Shown in pieces: positions 47,320-57,138 of a DNA stretch of 64,000 nt. The position numbers were made by a program, and so were the translations under genes. A model generated the notes under the pieces. It saw only the letters and a list, made by a program, of their open reading frames with translations, made no database searches and was not told the DNA's origin. Each line of letters starts with the position of its first letter. The stretch's first letter is position 1. This DNA is from Vulcanimicrobiota bacterium (GTDB taxonomy: Bacteria > Vulcanimicrobiota > Xenobia > Xenobiales > JADMJV01), in assembly GCA_050250895.1 (NCBI GenBank), contig JBFWNU010000001.1, positions 3,012,891 to 3,076,890 on the forward strand. Direction: 5' to 3'.

Positions 47320-49365
47320 CTAGCCTTTCTTCCAGGTGAAGTAAGGCTGGGCGTCTTTACCTCTACGCAGGTTGATCTCTTCGAGGTTGCTAGCGGTGAT
47401 CTGCGAGTCTTTGTCGGTCCAGCCCTCGGACTGGTAAAGCACCTTGCCGTCGGGATCCATCAGACGCAAGCGATTCTGCCCGGTGTCGACGCTGAGGCGA
47501 TCGTGCTCGCTGGTGAGATAGTTGCTGCCACCGTCGACGGTGAAGCGATTGCGGCCGGCGCCGAGTTTGATGTTCGCCGTGTCGTCGCCGCGACCCAGCC
47601 GGATGTCGCCGGTATTGTTGCCTTTGGTGGCATCGATATCGGTCGTGTTGCTCGAACTGTTGCCGTCGATGGAGATTCGATTGTCGCCGTTGCCGGTGGT
47701 GACGCTGTGGCTGGAGCCACTCCACCAACCGGCCTTCTGGGTGATGGTCTGGCCGCCGTCCTGGCCGGCGACGGTCTGGTTGGTCTGGCCGATGAGCGAG
47801 CCCTTCTGGGTGACTTCTTTGCCGGTGCCGAACTGGTCGGTCTGGCCGACCCACGAGCCACTTTGGGTGACCTTGTCACCACGTCCGGTCTGAGCCGAGT
47901 CGCCCCAGATCGAGCCGTTCTGTTGGACGGTGCCCTGGTCGGCCCGAGCGGCTTGCTTGCTATCGGCGAAGGCCGACCCGTTCTGGGTGATCTGACCCTG
48001 GCCCAGGACCCGGGCCTGTTGGTCGACTTTGCCAGTGGAGCTGCCGTTCTGCGTGATCTCTCCCGACTTGACGATAGCCTTCTGGGTGCCGCTGGTCGAG
48101 CCGTTGATGTCCTGGGTGACGGTGGCATCCTTACGGCCGACCGCCTGCTGCTCGACCTTCACTCCGGGACTTGCCGTGGCCGTCTGATCGATCTTGCCCT
48201 GGTCGCCGACCGCCGCCTGCTGGGTGGTCTGGCCGCCTTTGTTGCCCACATTGACGGCGGTCTGCTTGATCGTCGCCTCGGGGCCGGCCGCCTGAGCCTG
48301 CTGCAAGGTGGTGGCCTGGCCCTGATTGCCCTGGGCCACCACGGTCTGGTCGGTTCTGGCTTTCTCGCCTTTGGTCGTGGCTGCCTGGGTGGTGCTGACA
48401 TCGCCCTGGTTGGCGCGGGCGACATCGGTCTGGCGCACATCCGAGCCTTTACCGGTGGTGGTGGCGACCTGCTGGCTGGCTACCGGTCCTTTGTTCTTGA
48501 CGGCCTGGTTGCGCTGGGCTACATCGGCGTCTTGACCGGTGGTAGAAGCCTGTTGGCGGCTGGTGACCGGACCTTTGTTCGCAGTGGCCGTGTTGACCTG
48601 GTTGACCTTCGAGCTGTCGCCGCTGGTGGCTGCCTGCTGGCGGCTGGTGACCGGTCCTTGGTTGGCCACGGCGGTATTGCGCTGATCGACCGGGGAGCGG
48701 TCACCGGTGGTTTGCGCCTTCTGGGTGTTGTCGGCACCACCCTTGTTGGCGATGGCTGTATTGCTCTGCTTGACCGGCGAGTCCTTACCCGTGGTGGTGC
48801 CAGTCTGCTTGTTGACCACTTTGCCATCGACGCCGATGTCGCTGTTGCGCTGCTCGACGGGGGCCTTGTCGCCGGTGGTTGCCTTGGTGTCGGTGTTGGT
48901 TTTGGCCGCTTCGTCTTTGAGCTTGCTGGGGACGCTGAGGTCCTGGCCATCGTGAATCAGGTTGGGGTTGCGCAACTGGTTGGCCGCGGCCACCCGGTCG
49001 ACCAGGGTCTTGCCGTCTTTGCCTTTGCTCCAAATCTCCTTGAGCGAGTAGCCCTGGCCTCGCAGGATCCCTTCGACGGAACTGTTCTTGCCTTTGCCCC
49101 ACGGTTCGACCTTCACGCTGCGGCTCTCGACGCCGAGGTCGGCATAGGGATTATCTTTCTTGCCGGTGTCGCTGTAGGCATTGGTCAGCCCGCTCTGGAG
49201 GGCCGCGCCGTTTCTGGTGGGAGCTGCCTCGGAACCTCTTACGGTAGAGCGATCACGAGCCGCCGGTGCCGGACCCCGGTTGGCTTGGCTGCGCGTGGGG
49301 GCAGGCGCAGTCTTCTTCGTGGTCGGTGCGGGGGATTTCTTTTGCGTTGCAGTTCCAATAGCCAT
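47320..49365 (-). CDS. LysM-like domain plus long Q/N/T/G-rich beta-solenoid repeat protein
   Basis: VAAANQLRNPNLIHDGQDLSVP LysM end; about 28-aa repeats; RTX-like LGRGDD..I.LGAG..VDGG C-terminus. Confidence 0.75.
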   Translation of the reverse strand: MAIGTATQKKSPAPTTKKTAPAPTRSQANRGPAPAARDRSTVRGSEAAPTRNGAALQSGLTNAYSDTGKKDNPYADLGVESRSVKVEPWGKGKNSSVEGILRGQGYSLKEIWSKGKDGKTLVDRVAAANQLRNPNLIHDGQDLSVPSKLKDEAAKTNTDTKATTGDKAPVEQRNSDIGVDGKVVNKQTGTTTGKDSPVKQSNTAIANKGGADNTQKAQTTGDRSPVDQRNTAVANQGPVTSRQQAATSGDSSKVNQVNTATANKGPVTSRQQASTTGQDADVAQRNQAVKNKGPVASQQVATTTGKGSDVRQTDVARANQGDVSTTQAATTKGEKARTDQTVVAQGNQGQATTLQQAQAAGPEATIKQTAVNVGNKGGQTTQQAAVGDQGKIDQTATASPGVKVEQQAVGRKDATVTQDINGSTSGTQKAIVKSGEITQNGSSTGKVDQQARVLGQGQITQNGSAFADSKQAARADQGTVQQNGSIWGDSAQTGRGDKVTQSGSWVGQTDQFGTGKEVTQKGSLIGQTNQTVAGQDGGQTITQKAGWWSGSSHSVTTGNGDNRISIDGNSSSNTTDIDATKGNNTGDIRLGRGDDTANIKLGAGRNRFTVDGGSNYLTSEHDRLSVDTGQNRLRLMDPDGKVLYQSEGWTDKDSQITASNLEEINLRRGKDAQPYFTWKKG

Positions 49366-49494
49366 AGTCTGAAGATATCGGACTCGACTGGTAGCGGGTT
49401 TTGGATCTTCTCCAAAGATTTGTTACAGGTTTGTTAAAAAATGGCGAGATGTTTCCACAAGGAACCACCCTTTCTCTCTTGAAGCGCACTGGCC

Positions 49495-52038
49495 ATGAGG
49501 CAGGCTTTTCGGCGTTATTTGGTCGTTTTTTTGGCCCTGTGTCTGTCTCGAACCACCTTCGCTCAAGAGACGACCGTGGCCGATCGAGCCTACGAGTTCA
49601 AAGCCCTACCCCTACAGCTCGAGGTCCTTCGCGGTGGACGGAGCTTGCCCATCACCCAGGTGCCGGAGCTGCAAAAAGGGGATCGGGTTCGCTTGCGCAT
49701 CGACCTGAGTCGCCCCGAGTTCAACTCGGACAATGGCCGCGAGCGGCAGCGCTTGCGGGACTGGTCGATCGGCTGGTTCTTGACCACCCGCGATGGTAGT
49801 CTGGTTTACAACAACGACAACCCCCGCCGGGGGCCCGCCGACCTGGGACGGATCGACCTCTATCGCGAACAGACCGAGAGCGTGATGGAGGTTGCCGACG
49901 AGCAGCAGAAGTTTCCGGTGCTGGTGTTGGTGCGCACCCGCACCCTCGACTCGTGGGACTACATTCGCCAAACCCGCGAGAAGAAACAGGCCAATTTCGT
50001 GGATGTCTTCGGGCGCTACTCGGAAGCCGTCGACCACTATCGCAATCTTCAGCTGTTTTTGCGGGCACTCGACACCGAGGGAAGCCGGGGAGAGCACCTC
50101 GCCGAGCGTCTGGCCGACGGCTTTACTGAACTCGGGTTCACGGTCGACACTAGAATGCAGCTGACCAAACCCGAAACCGTGGCCAAGCTGCTCTCGGAGG
50201 TCGACCGCAACTTCCTGCGGGATGGCAAGACCATTCAGGCCGATGTCGCCGGCAAAGCGGTCTCGAGGATGATTGCCGACAATAACCTGGGGTTGGTGGG
50301 GGTGGCCGTGCAGCTCGGATTGCTGGTCTACGAGGCCTCGGAATACGAGGAGTCCTACCGCTGGAGTTCGGCTCGCCTCAAGCCAGACAAGGCTGGCTAT
50401 GTGGTCATGAGCTCCGAGAGCATCCGCTATGGCGAGAAGGAAGAGGCGCCCGACGGCCAGGTGCGCAACAACGTGCGCTCGATTTTGGTGTGCACTCCGA
50501 TGCCGACCGAGGCGGTCAAGACGCCCACCCTCGGTTGGAGCTGTAATGATGACAACCATCTGGTTCCCGGTCAACAGCAGCGACTCGAGCTGCGCATCGG
50601 GGAAGACGTGTATCGCGCCGGAACTCAGCCGGCCCTGGTCGAGCGTTTCGCCTCGTCAGACTGCCGAGTCTGGGACTCGCTCAACGGACAGGCCAGCCCC
50701 GTCGAGGCCCGCCTCAGCCCGCGCGGCGAACTGGTGCTGAGCAACCTCGACGAACTATGGAAAGAGGGCGCTCTCGAGGCCGACCTGCGGGTGGTCGGCC
50801 AATGGGGCTTTGAACCGTTGCCCCTGCTGGAATGTCGCTTGTTCAAGACGCCGGCCGAAGTCGAACTGACCCTCTCGCGCTCGGCCCACATTCTCACTCG
50901 AGGCAAGAAATACCGATTGGAGTTGACGGCGAGCGACACCACCGCGGTGGGGCGGGCCCGCTTTCGTGACCAGGACCTGCCCCTGGAGGCAGCGCTGGCT
51001 CCCGCCGAACGGGGCAAACGCTACGCTCTGGTGCTCGATCTGAGCGAGGCGCCCGTTGGTCCAGGGGACCTGGACCTTTATGCCGGCCACGAACTCAGTC
51101 GATCGATGCGGCTACTGCACCGGAAGATTCAGGTGGTGCCTTCGGCTCGCTTTCATGTCGTCTTGCCCCAGGGTAGCCCGGTCTGTGAACTGGTCACTGA
51201 TGACGAAGCGGTCAAAGACGCCCTCAGGGACGTAGCCCGGATTCGCCTGGGGACGAACCAGGTTTTTCAACGCAAGGGCCAGAGCTGGCTGTTCGAGGGC
51301 AAGCCCCCCCAGGCTCAAGAACTCAAGTCTTCAGGTTACCAGGCCGAGTTGCTGTATGAAGATGCCGAGAAAGATCCCGTTCCCAACGTCTTCTTGCAGT
51401 ACGAGCAACACCCCGACGACCTCGACTTCATCCTCTATCCCCCCGCCCCGGCCCAGCCGCAGGGTTACCGGGTCGAACTCGATTCGCTCCACAGCAGGGT
51501 GTTGGCCAGCGGCAGGCCGGTCGAGTTCAGGGTGGTGGCCCCCAACGCCTGGCGGGGCGACAGCATGGTCGGTCTATGCATCGAGACACCGCTGTTCTCG
51601 GACCGCTGTACCACCTTCGCCTATAACCCGGCCGAGGGCCAGTCGCGCCTGAGGATCAAGCGCAACATCCTGTTCGGCAGCTTCACGCCTGACCGAGCCG
51701 GCCAGCTCGGTTGCCGATTTTCTACCGGTATCGAGGGGGCCCAGTTGCAGGTGCAGTGGGAAATGCCTACCGAGTGGGTCGTGGTGGACGTGCCCGCCAT
51801 CGACAAGGTCGAATACACCTCGGGACGTTGCTATCTGGAAGGCAAAGATCTCGACGTGCTGGTAGCCCGGGTATTCCGCTCGGGCGATCCCGCCGTCGAC
51901 GCTATCGGGGCCGGACTGACCCGAACACCGGAAGGAGTGTGCACAGCCAAGATCGATAACTTCGACCCGGCCGACTTCTGGTTGGAGCTACGTGACCTCG
52001 AGGGCCAGCGCTTCCGGGTCCGCGCCAACGACGACTAG
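49495..52038 (+). CDS. Large secreted hypothetical protein
   Basis: 847-aa ORF with signal peptide; N-terminal V.RGG..LPI.QVP.L..GDR. Confidence 0.7.
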   Translation: MRQAFRRYLVVFLALCLSRTTFAQETTVADRAYEFKALPLQLEVLRGGRSLPITQVPELQKGDRVRLRIDLSRPEFNSDNGRERQRLRDWSIGWFLTTRDGSLVYNNDNPRRGPADLGRIDLYREQTESVMEVADEQQKFPVLVLVRTRTLDSWDYIRQTREKKQANFVDVFGRYSEAVDHYRNLQLFLRALDTEGSRGEHLAERLADGFTELGFTVDTRMQLTKPETVAKLLSEVDRNFLRDGKTIQADVAGKAVSRMIADNNLGLVGVAVQLGLLVYEASEYEESYRWSSARLKPDKAGYVVMSSESIRYGEKEEAPDGQVRNNVRSILVCTPMPTEAVKTPTLGWSCNDDNHLVPGQQQRLELRIGEDVYRAGTQPALVERFASSDCRVWDSLNGQASPVEARLSPRGELVLSNLDELWKEGALEADLRVVGQWGFEPLPLLECRLFKTPAEVELTLSRSAHILTRGKKYRLELTASDTTAVGRARFRDQDLPLEAALAPAERGKRYALVLDLSEAPVGPGDLDLYAGHELSRSMRLLHRKIQVVPSARFHVVLPQGSPVCELVTDDEAVKDALRDVARIRLGTNQVFQRKGQSWLFEGKPPQAQELKSSGYQAELLYEDAEKDPVPNVFLQYEQHPDDLDFILYPPAPAQPQGYRVELDSLHSRVLASGRPVEFRVVAPNAWRGDSMVGLCIETPLFSDRCTTFAYNPAEGQSRLRIKRNILFGSFTPDRAGQLGCRFSTGIEGAQLQVQWEMPTEWVVVDVPAIDKVEYTSGRCYLEGKDLDVLVARVFRSGDPAVDAIGAGLTRTPEGVCTAKIDNFDPADFWLELRDLEGQRFRVRANDD

Positions 52039-52370
52039 CGGGCCACTTCCTGGCTTAGATCCTGGCCCAGCTCGGTCATCTGCTGGCCCAGTTGCAAGAC
52101 CAGGGCATCTAGCTTGTCGCCGCTTCGCTCCTTGGCGAGTTGCTCGATGGAGCGGGCGGTATCGGCGGCCGGGGTGGCATGCAGATAGACCATGCCCCCC
52201 TTGATCCAGTGCGCTTTCTCGCGTAGGGAGTCGAAGTCGCGGGCGTCGGCTGCCTGGCGCAGCTGGCCGAACATTCCCTCCGCCTCAGCGAGATAGACAG
52301 CCCCGGCTTCGCGAAGGACATCGGCGCTACCAAATGTCTTTAGCGCCTTCTCTCGGTCAAAAGACTGCAT
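52035..52370 (-). CDS. Hpt (histidine phosphotransfer) domain protein
   Basis: FDRE.AL...G, LREKAHWIKGG...L.A......IE motif. Confidence 0.85.
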   Translation of the reverse strand: MQSFDREKALKTFGSADVLREAGAVYLAEAEGMFGQLRQAADARDFDSLREKAHWIKGGMVYLHATPAADTARSIEQLAKERSGDKLDALVLQLGQQMTELGQDLSQEVAR

Positions 52371-52424
52371 CAGGTTGATCCCTCCACTCTCGAGGATGCG
52401 TGCTGGGGCGACACCCTCCCACCC

Positions 52425-52487
52425 ACCTGGGGATGACCCGGGGGCATCCCCAGGGATATTTCGTCTGGTTATCCACCGGGATGCCCC
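52425..52487. promoter_or_regulatory. Repeated palindromic ATCC-N4-GGAT boxes in divergent intergenic region
   Basis: GGGCATCCCCAGGGATA (52442-52458), TATCCACCGGGATGCCCC (52470-52487), partial copy at 52425-52437. Confidence 0.45.
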
Positions 52488-52562
52488 GATTGGCTCCACA
52501 AGACGCCTGTCACCTCAACTAGCCCCGCCTATGATGGCATGAGACTCAAACTGGAGGTAACA

Positions 52563-53126
52563 ATGGAAACTCTCTTCGCACGATTTAAAGATGTCGACCT
52601 GGCTGTCAAAGCGGTCGGTGCCCTGATCGACCACGGGGTCAAAGAGGAGCACCTGGATCTGATCGCCGATACGGCCAAAGGCCAGTTTTTGGTGGAGAAA
52701 AAGCACAGTGACGCGGCCAAGAAGGCCACCGACGGGGTGACGACCACGACGGCCGCCGATGCTCTCGAAGGAGCCAAGGAGGGCGGTTTGGCTGGTTTGG
52801 CGCTGGGCGCCGTGGCCGGACTGGCTAGTCTCATCATTCCCGGCTTCGGGATCGTGCTGGGCGGCGGAGCAGTGGCAACCGCTATCGGCGCGGCCATCGG
52901 TACCGGAGTGGCTGGAGCCGCCGCTGGTGGAGTGGCCGGTTACCTGAAAGATATGGGCGTCGAGGAAGCCATCGCCCGCGACTATGGCAAGGTCATCGAA
53001 GAAGGGGGAGCCGTGGTCAGCGTGACCCTGCCCTCTGGTAAAGTGGACGAAGCCAAAGCTCGCATGCTGTTAAGCAAGTATCGCGCCGACCATTTGATGG
53101 TGCGTCAGACGGCAGCGATTCGATAA
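52563..53126 (+). CDS. General stress protein (YflT/17M-like glycine-zipper)
   Basis: GGAGG RBS; GGLAGLALG..IIPGFG; YLKDMGV.E..A..Y...IEEGG. Confidence 0.75.
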   Translation: METLFARFKDVDLAVKAVGALIDHGVKEEHLDLIADTAKGQFLVEKKHSDAAKKATDGVTTTTAADALEGAKEGGLAGLALGAVAGLASLIIPGFGIVLGGGAVATAIGAAIGTGVAGAAAGGVAGYLKDMGVEEAIARDYGKVIEEGGAVVSVTLPSGKVDEAKARMLLSKYRADHLMVRQTAAIR

Positions 53127-53189
53127 GCTCGACGATCATAGCCCTTGGAGGCTTGTTCCATCCCTCTGACTCTGCTAGGTTAGGAGGGT

Positions 53190-53756
53190 ATGAGGACAAG
53201 CCTGCTTGGGTTTGTGGTTTTGTTAGCTCTGGTGGTCCAGGCTTTCGCTCCTCCGGCCGCCTACAGGGCAGTGAGTTTTGACGGTCGAGTGAGTCGTCTC
53301 GAGGCCCTGCCGGTGCGCCTGCCATCAGCCCCCGAAGAATATCAACTCGCTTTGCGTGAGGCGGCCGAGACGTGGAATCGAGCCGGAATCGGTCAGGTTT
53401 TCGTGCTCGATTGTCCTCAATCCGACCTGGCTATCGACTGGACGGGGCGTGGGCTCGAGGACGCCAGTGCGGCCAGGACAACTCTCTCGCCCATCGCTCC
53501 GGGGCGACTGCAACTAGCCGGCTTGTCGGTGCGTGCCGAGGGGCGCGAGCATCACGTGTTGAGGCACATCCTCACCCACGAGCTAGGGCACGTGCTGGGT
53601 CTGGAACACTCGGAAATTCCCGGGGATGTCATGTTCTGTCGCCATCAAAACGGAACCGGGCGCCTCAGCAATCGCGACCGCCGAATGCTTCGTTGGCTCT
53701 ATCGCCGGCCCGCATATACTCCGCTATTGGCCGGGCGGGTAGGGCAGGGCGGATAG
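53190..53756 (+). CDS. Matrixin-family (M10/M57) zinc metallopeptidase
   Basis: Signal peptide; HELGHVLGLEHS, Met-turn DVM, LS.RD..ML..LY. Confidence 0.85.
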   Translation: MRTSLLGFVVLLALVVQAFAPPAAYRAVSFDGRVSRLEALPVRLPSAPEEYQLALREAAETWNRAGIGQVFVLDCPQSDLAIDWTGRGLEDASAARTTLSPIAPGRLQLAGLSVRAEGREHHVLRHILTHELGHVLGLEHSEIPGDVMFCRHQNGTGRLSNRDRRMLRWLYRRPAYTPLLAGRVGQGG

Positions 53757-53826
53757 GGTGGCTCTATCCCAGAGCCGGTTAGCAGCGGCTCGTCTTTAGC
53801 TCCATACTGGTCTTACAACGAACAAT

Positions 53827-54186
53827 ATGGAGGCTATGATGATTAAGAATTTTGTGAACCTGTGTCTGGCTCTAATGCTATCCTGTGTAATGCTTAACGG
53901 CGCCGCCCTGGCCCAGGATGAAAATAGCAGCGCGCCTGCCGACAGTCCTGCCCCGGTGACCGAGAAGGTCGAAGTCAACATGCCCGACGTCAAGGTCGAG
54001 CCCCCCTCGATGCCCGACGTGCACGTCACCAGCGAGAGCGCGCCAGCGCCGAACCCCGACATCCACCTCGACGTCAAAGAATCGCCGGCCACCCCGGATA
54101 ACACCCCGGTGATGATGTGGGTTCTCGGCATTGCGATGCTAGCCGTGGTAGGCGTCGGTGTCGCTGCCGCCGCTTCGCGAGCCTAA
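53827..54186 (+). CDS. Secreted Pro/Asp-rich protein with C-terminal TM anchor
   Basis: Signal peptide; repeated MPDV.V units; terminal TM. Confidence 0.65.
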   Translation: MEAMMIKNFVNLCLALMLSCVMLNGAALAQDENSSAPADSPAPVTEKVEVNMPDVKVEPPSMPDVHVTSESAPAPNPDIHLDVKESPATPDNTPVMMWVLGIAMLAVVGVGVAAAASRA

Positions 54187-54204
54187 CCCGACCCCTTAAA
54201 GGCC

Positions 54205-54232
54205 AGGGCCGGTCCTCGGACCGGCCCTTTTT
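54205..54232 (+). terminator. Intrinsic terminator
   Basis: AGGGCCGGTCC-TC-GGACCGGCCCT followed by a T-run. Confidence 0.8.
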
Positions 54233-54309
54233 CGATCTATCCGAAAGGATGCCCGAACCCACTTCACTGGTGGGCTCTAGCTCTGCCCGGATGTGGGTAG
54301 AATTGGTCT

Positions 54310-56073
54310 ATGACGGTCGAGATCTTCTTCACACTGGTGGTGGCTGCGGCCACCGTCGTTTTGTTCGTCACCGAGAAGTTTCGAGTCGATGTCGTGGCAG
54401 CCCTGACAATGACTGCCTTTCTGGTCTCGGGAATCATCACTCCCGAGCAGGGCATCTCGGGCTTCTCCAATCCGGCTACGGTCACGGTCGCAGCCATGTT
54501 CATCCTCAGCGCCGGGCTCTATCGCACCGGCGCCCTGGATAACGTGGCCGCGCTCATCTCGCGCCTGGGCGGCAGCTCGCCGCTCTTGACGGCGCTCTGC
54601 CTGATGCTGGTGGTGGGGACCATCTCGGCCTTCATCAACAACACCGCGGCGGTGGCCATCTTCCTTCCGATCACTTTCGAGCTAGCCCGGCGCTGCAAGA
54701 TCAGCCCGTCCAAATTGCTGATTCCGCTCTCGTTTGCCTCGCTATTTGGCGGGGCTTGCACGCTGGTGGGGACGTCGACCAACGTCCTGGTCAGCTCGAT
54801 CGCCAAGAATCACGGAATGGAGCCTTTCGGGATGTTCGAGATGGCTCCCCTGGGCCTGCTGCTGGCCGGGTTCGGCATCGTCTATATGCTGACCATCGGC
54901 ATGCCGCTCTTGCCCAGCGCCCGCCTGCCCGAGAGCCTCGAGGGCGAGTTTGAAGTGGCCCCCTATCTGTGCGAAATCGTGGTGGGGTCCGAATCGCTCA
55001 GTTGCGGGCAACCGTTGGCCACCGCCCCCTTGATTCAGGCGCAAGACCTGGATGTGCTCGAGGTGCGCCGCCAGGGCCAAAACTTCTGGAACCCAAGCGG
55101 CGACTTCGTGCTGCAGGCCGGCGACGTGCTCAGGGTCCGTTGTGCCGTGCACGACCTGATGGCCAGCGCCCAACATCACGGGGTGACCTTTCGGGCCGAG
55201 GGCCCCGGTCCGGTGGAAGAACGCGCCTTTGTTGAGGCGGTGGTGGGACCCGGTTCGCCCTTGATCGGTCACTCGCTGAGTTCTTACCGGTTTCGCGAAC
55301 GTTTTCCGGCCTCGGCTATTGCCCTGCGCCGCTCGGACACCATTCGCCACAGCCGCCTGAGCGCCAGCCGTCTACGGGTGGGCGATGTGCTGCTGTTGGC
55401 CACCAAGAAAGACGCGGTAGATCGGCTGCGCAATGACCCGGCCTTCGTGCTGGTCAGCGAGGTCAACCATCAAGAGGACCGCCGCCGTCTGATGTTGCCG
55501 GCTCTAGCCATCATGGTGCTGGTGGTTGGGTTAGCCGCCCTCGACCTGCTGCCCATCGTGGTCTCGTCGATCCTCGGCTGTGCCCTGATGTTACTCCTGG
55601 GCTGTCTCAAGCCCGATGAAGCCTACGCAGCTATCGACTGGAAAGTGATCGTGCTGCTGGGGGGAATGTTGACCCTGGGCACGGCCATGGAAGAGACCGG
55701 GGCCGCCCGTCTACTGGCCGAGAGCCTGGTTCACACCGCCGGGGAAATGGGTCCCTGGGCGGCCGTCTCGGCCCTCTATCTGCTCACCTCGATCCTCACC
55801 GAGGCGCTCTCGAACAACGCCACTGCCGTTCTGCTAGCCCCCATCGCGATCTTGAGCGCCGAGAGCATGCAGGTCGACCCCCGGCCGTTTATCATGGCCA
55901 TTACCTTCGCCGCGTCAGCCAGTTTCATGACGCCGGTGGGTTATCAAACCAACACCCTGGTTTATGGCCCCGGGCGCTATCGTTTCACCGACTTCTTGCG
56001 GGTGGGAACGCCACTCAACCTGCTCTTCTGGGGCCTGGCCAGCGTCTTCATCCCCCGCATCTGGCCGTTCTAA
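54310..56073 (+). CDS. SLC13/DASS permease with TrkA-C domains
   Basis: [35 protein letters not shown]. Confidence 0.92.
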   Translation: MTVEIFFTLVVAAATVVLFVTEKFRVDVVAALTMTAFLVSGIITPEQGISGFSNPATVTVAAMFILSAGLYRTGALDNVAALISRLGGSSPLLTALCLMLVVGTISAFINNTAAVAIFLPITFELARRCKISPSKLLIPLSFASLFGGACTLVGTSTNVLVSSIAKNHGMEPFGMFEMAPLGLLLAGFGIVYMLTIGMPLLPSARLPESLEGEFEVAPYLCEIVVGSESLSCGQPLATAPLIQAQDLDVLEVRRQGQNFWNPSGDFVLQAGDVLRVRCAVHDLMASAQHHGVTFRAEGPGPVEERAFVEAVVGPGSPLIGHSLSSYRFRERFPASAIALRRSDTIRHSRLSASRLRVGDVLLLATKKDAVDRLRNDPAFVLVSEVNHQEDRRRLMLPALAIMVLVVGLAALDLLPIVVSSILGCALMLLLGCLKPDEAYAAIDWKVIVLLGGMLTLGTAMEETGAARLLAESLVHTAGEMGPWAAVSALYLLTSILTEALSNNATAVLLAPIAILSAESMQVDPRPFIMAITFAASASFMTPVGYQTNTLVYGPGRYRFTDFLRVGTPLNLLFWGLASVFIPRIWPF

Positions 56074-56097
56074 CGACCGGGCCTAACGCGCGGCAGT

Positions 56098-56496
56098 TTA
56101 GCGGAAGAGCGAGCTGCCGTTTTGGCCGAGGTTGTGGCTCATCTGGTTGAAGCCCTGGCTCAGCATGGCCATCGGGTCGGGCTTTTCGGCGCCGCGAACG
56201 CCCTGGGCGTTCTCTTCGTCGAGGCGCTGCTGGAGCGTCACCTGGGCCAGGCACGCACAACTCACCGAGCCGCACTCGGGACAGACGACCATCTCTTTCT
56301 CGTACTCGACCTCGGTCCCATCGGCCAGGCGCTCTTTAAACTTGACCATCTTGGTCTCGACATCTTTGAGGTCCATCGTCAGCCAGGGGTTGAACTCTTC
56401 GCCCTGGGCACCCTGGTCGCCACGAACTTCAGCCGGCGAGCGAACGCCACCGAGTTGGCTGACCGTGTTGTTGGCAAAGTGAACCGGAAGATTCAT
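56098..56496 (-). CDS. Hypothetical protein with CPxCGxxxCxC zinc-binding motif
   Basis: CPECGSVSCAC; GAAGAGAG upstream of ATG. Confidence 0.6.
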   Translation of the reverse strand: MNLPVHFANNTVSQLGGVRSPAEVRGDQGAQGEEFNPWLTMDLKDVETKMVKFKERLADGTEVEYEKEMVVCPECGSVSCACLAQVTLQQRLDEENAQGVRGAEKPDPMAMLSQGFNQMSHNLGQNGSSLFR

Positions 56497-56562
56497 CTCT
56501 TCATTGTTTCACTTTGCCCCCGTTTCCCCTGCGCTGACACAAAAAGTTAACAGGTGGGGCCG

Positions 56563-56750
56563 CCGAAGCCGACCTTCTCCCCGCGATTCTCGGGGTGAAC
56601 CCCCGAAACCGGCCTTCACCCCGCGATTTCTCGGGGTGAACCCCCGAAACCGGCCTTCACCCCGCGATTCTCGGGGTGAACCCCGCCGCAGCCCCGCCAT
56701 GCCCGGCGAAGCCCCGGCGGTCTCAAAGACTCCCGCGACCGGCAACGCCC
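56563..56750 (+). repeat. 40-bp tandem hairpin repeat (about 3 copies) plus conserved tail
   Basis: Unit CCGAAACCGGCCTTCACCCCGCGATTCTCGGGGTGAACCC; tail GCCCGGCGAAGCCCCGGCGGTCT..CGCGACCGGCAA. Confidence 0.85.
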
Positions 56751-56812
56751 CTCCAGCCACGCCAAACCCGGCCTCCGAAGGCTCGCTCGTGGTCACCGAC
56801 GAAGAGCCTTCG

Positions 56813-57103
56813 ATGCTCTCCTCGCGTCGAATTGACCCGGAGACCGAGTTCGTCTACCTGGCCAAACTCTCTGACGAGGTTCGCGTGATCAGATATTCCG
56901 GCGGGGTCGACCTCTATCCCCCGACCGACGTCCGGTTCACCCCGGCCGGACTGGCCGACTTCGCCCGCTACCGACCCCTGGAAGCCAACGGTTTGCGAGT
57001 TCGATTGTCGAAATTTCAGCCAGTGTTGCTCGAGCTGGCGGCTTTCGACTGCCGGACCGAGCGCCAGGCCGCGGCTTTAGCCCGCAAACTCTTCCAAAGT
57101 TAG
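56813..57103 (+). CDS. Hypothetical protein
   Basis: Globular-looking 96-aa end of ORF 56504-57103; upstream part is repeat-derived. Confidence 0.5.
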   Translation: MLSSRRIDPETEFVYLAKLSDEVRVIRYSGGVDLYPPTDVRFTPAGLADFARYRPLEANGLRVRLSKFQPVLLELAAFDCRTERQAAALARKLFQS

Positions 57104-57138
57104 AACCTGAAAGCCTGGGAGGGTTTTATCTCCCCGAT

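Noticed and set aside
56504-56812. N-terminal part of the 199-aa ORF
   Set aside because: Translation of the 40-bp repeat element rather than real protein.
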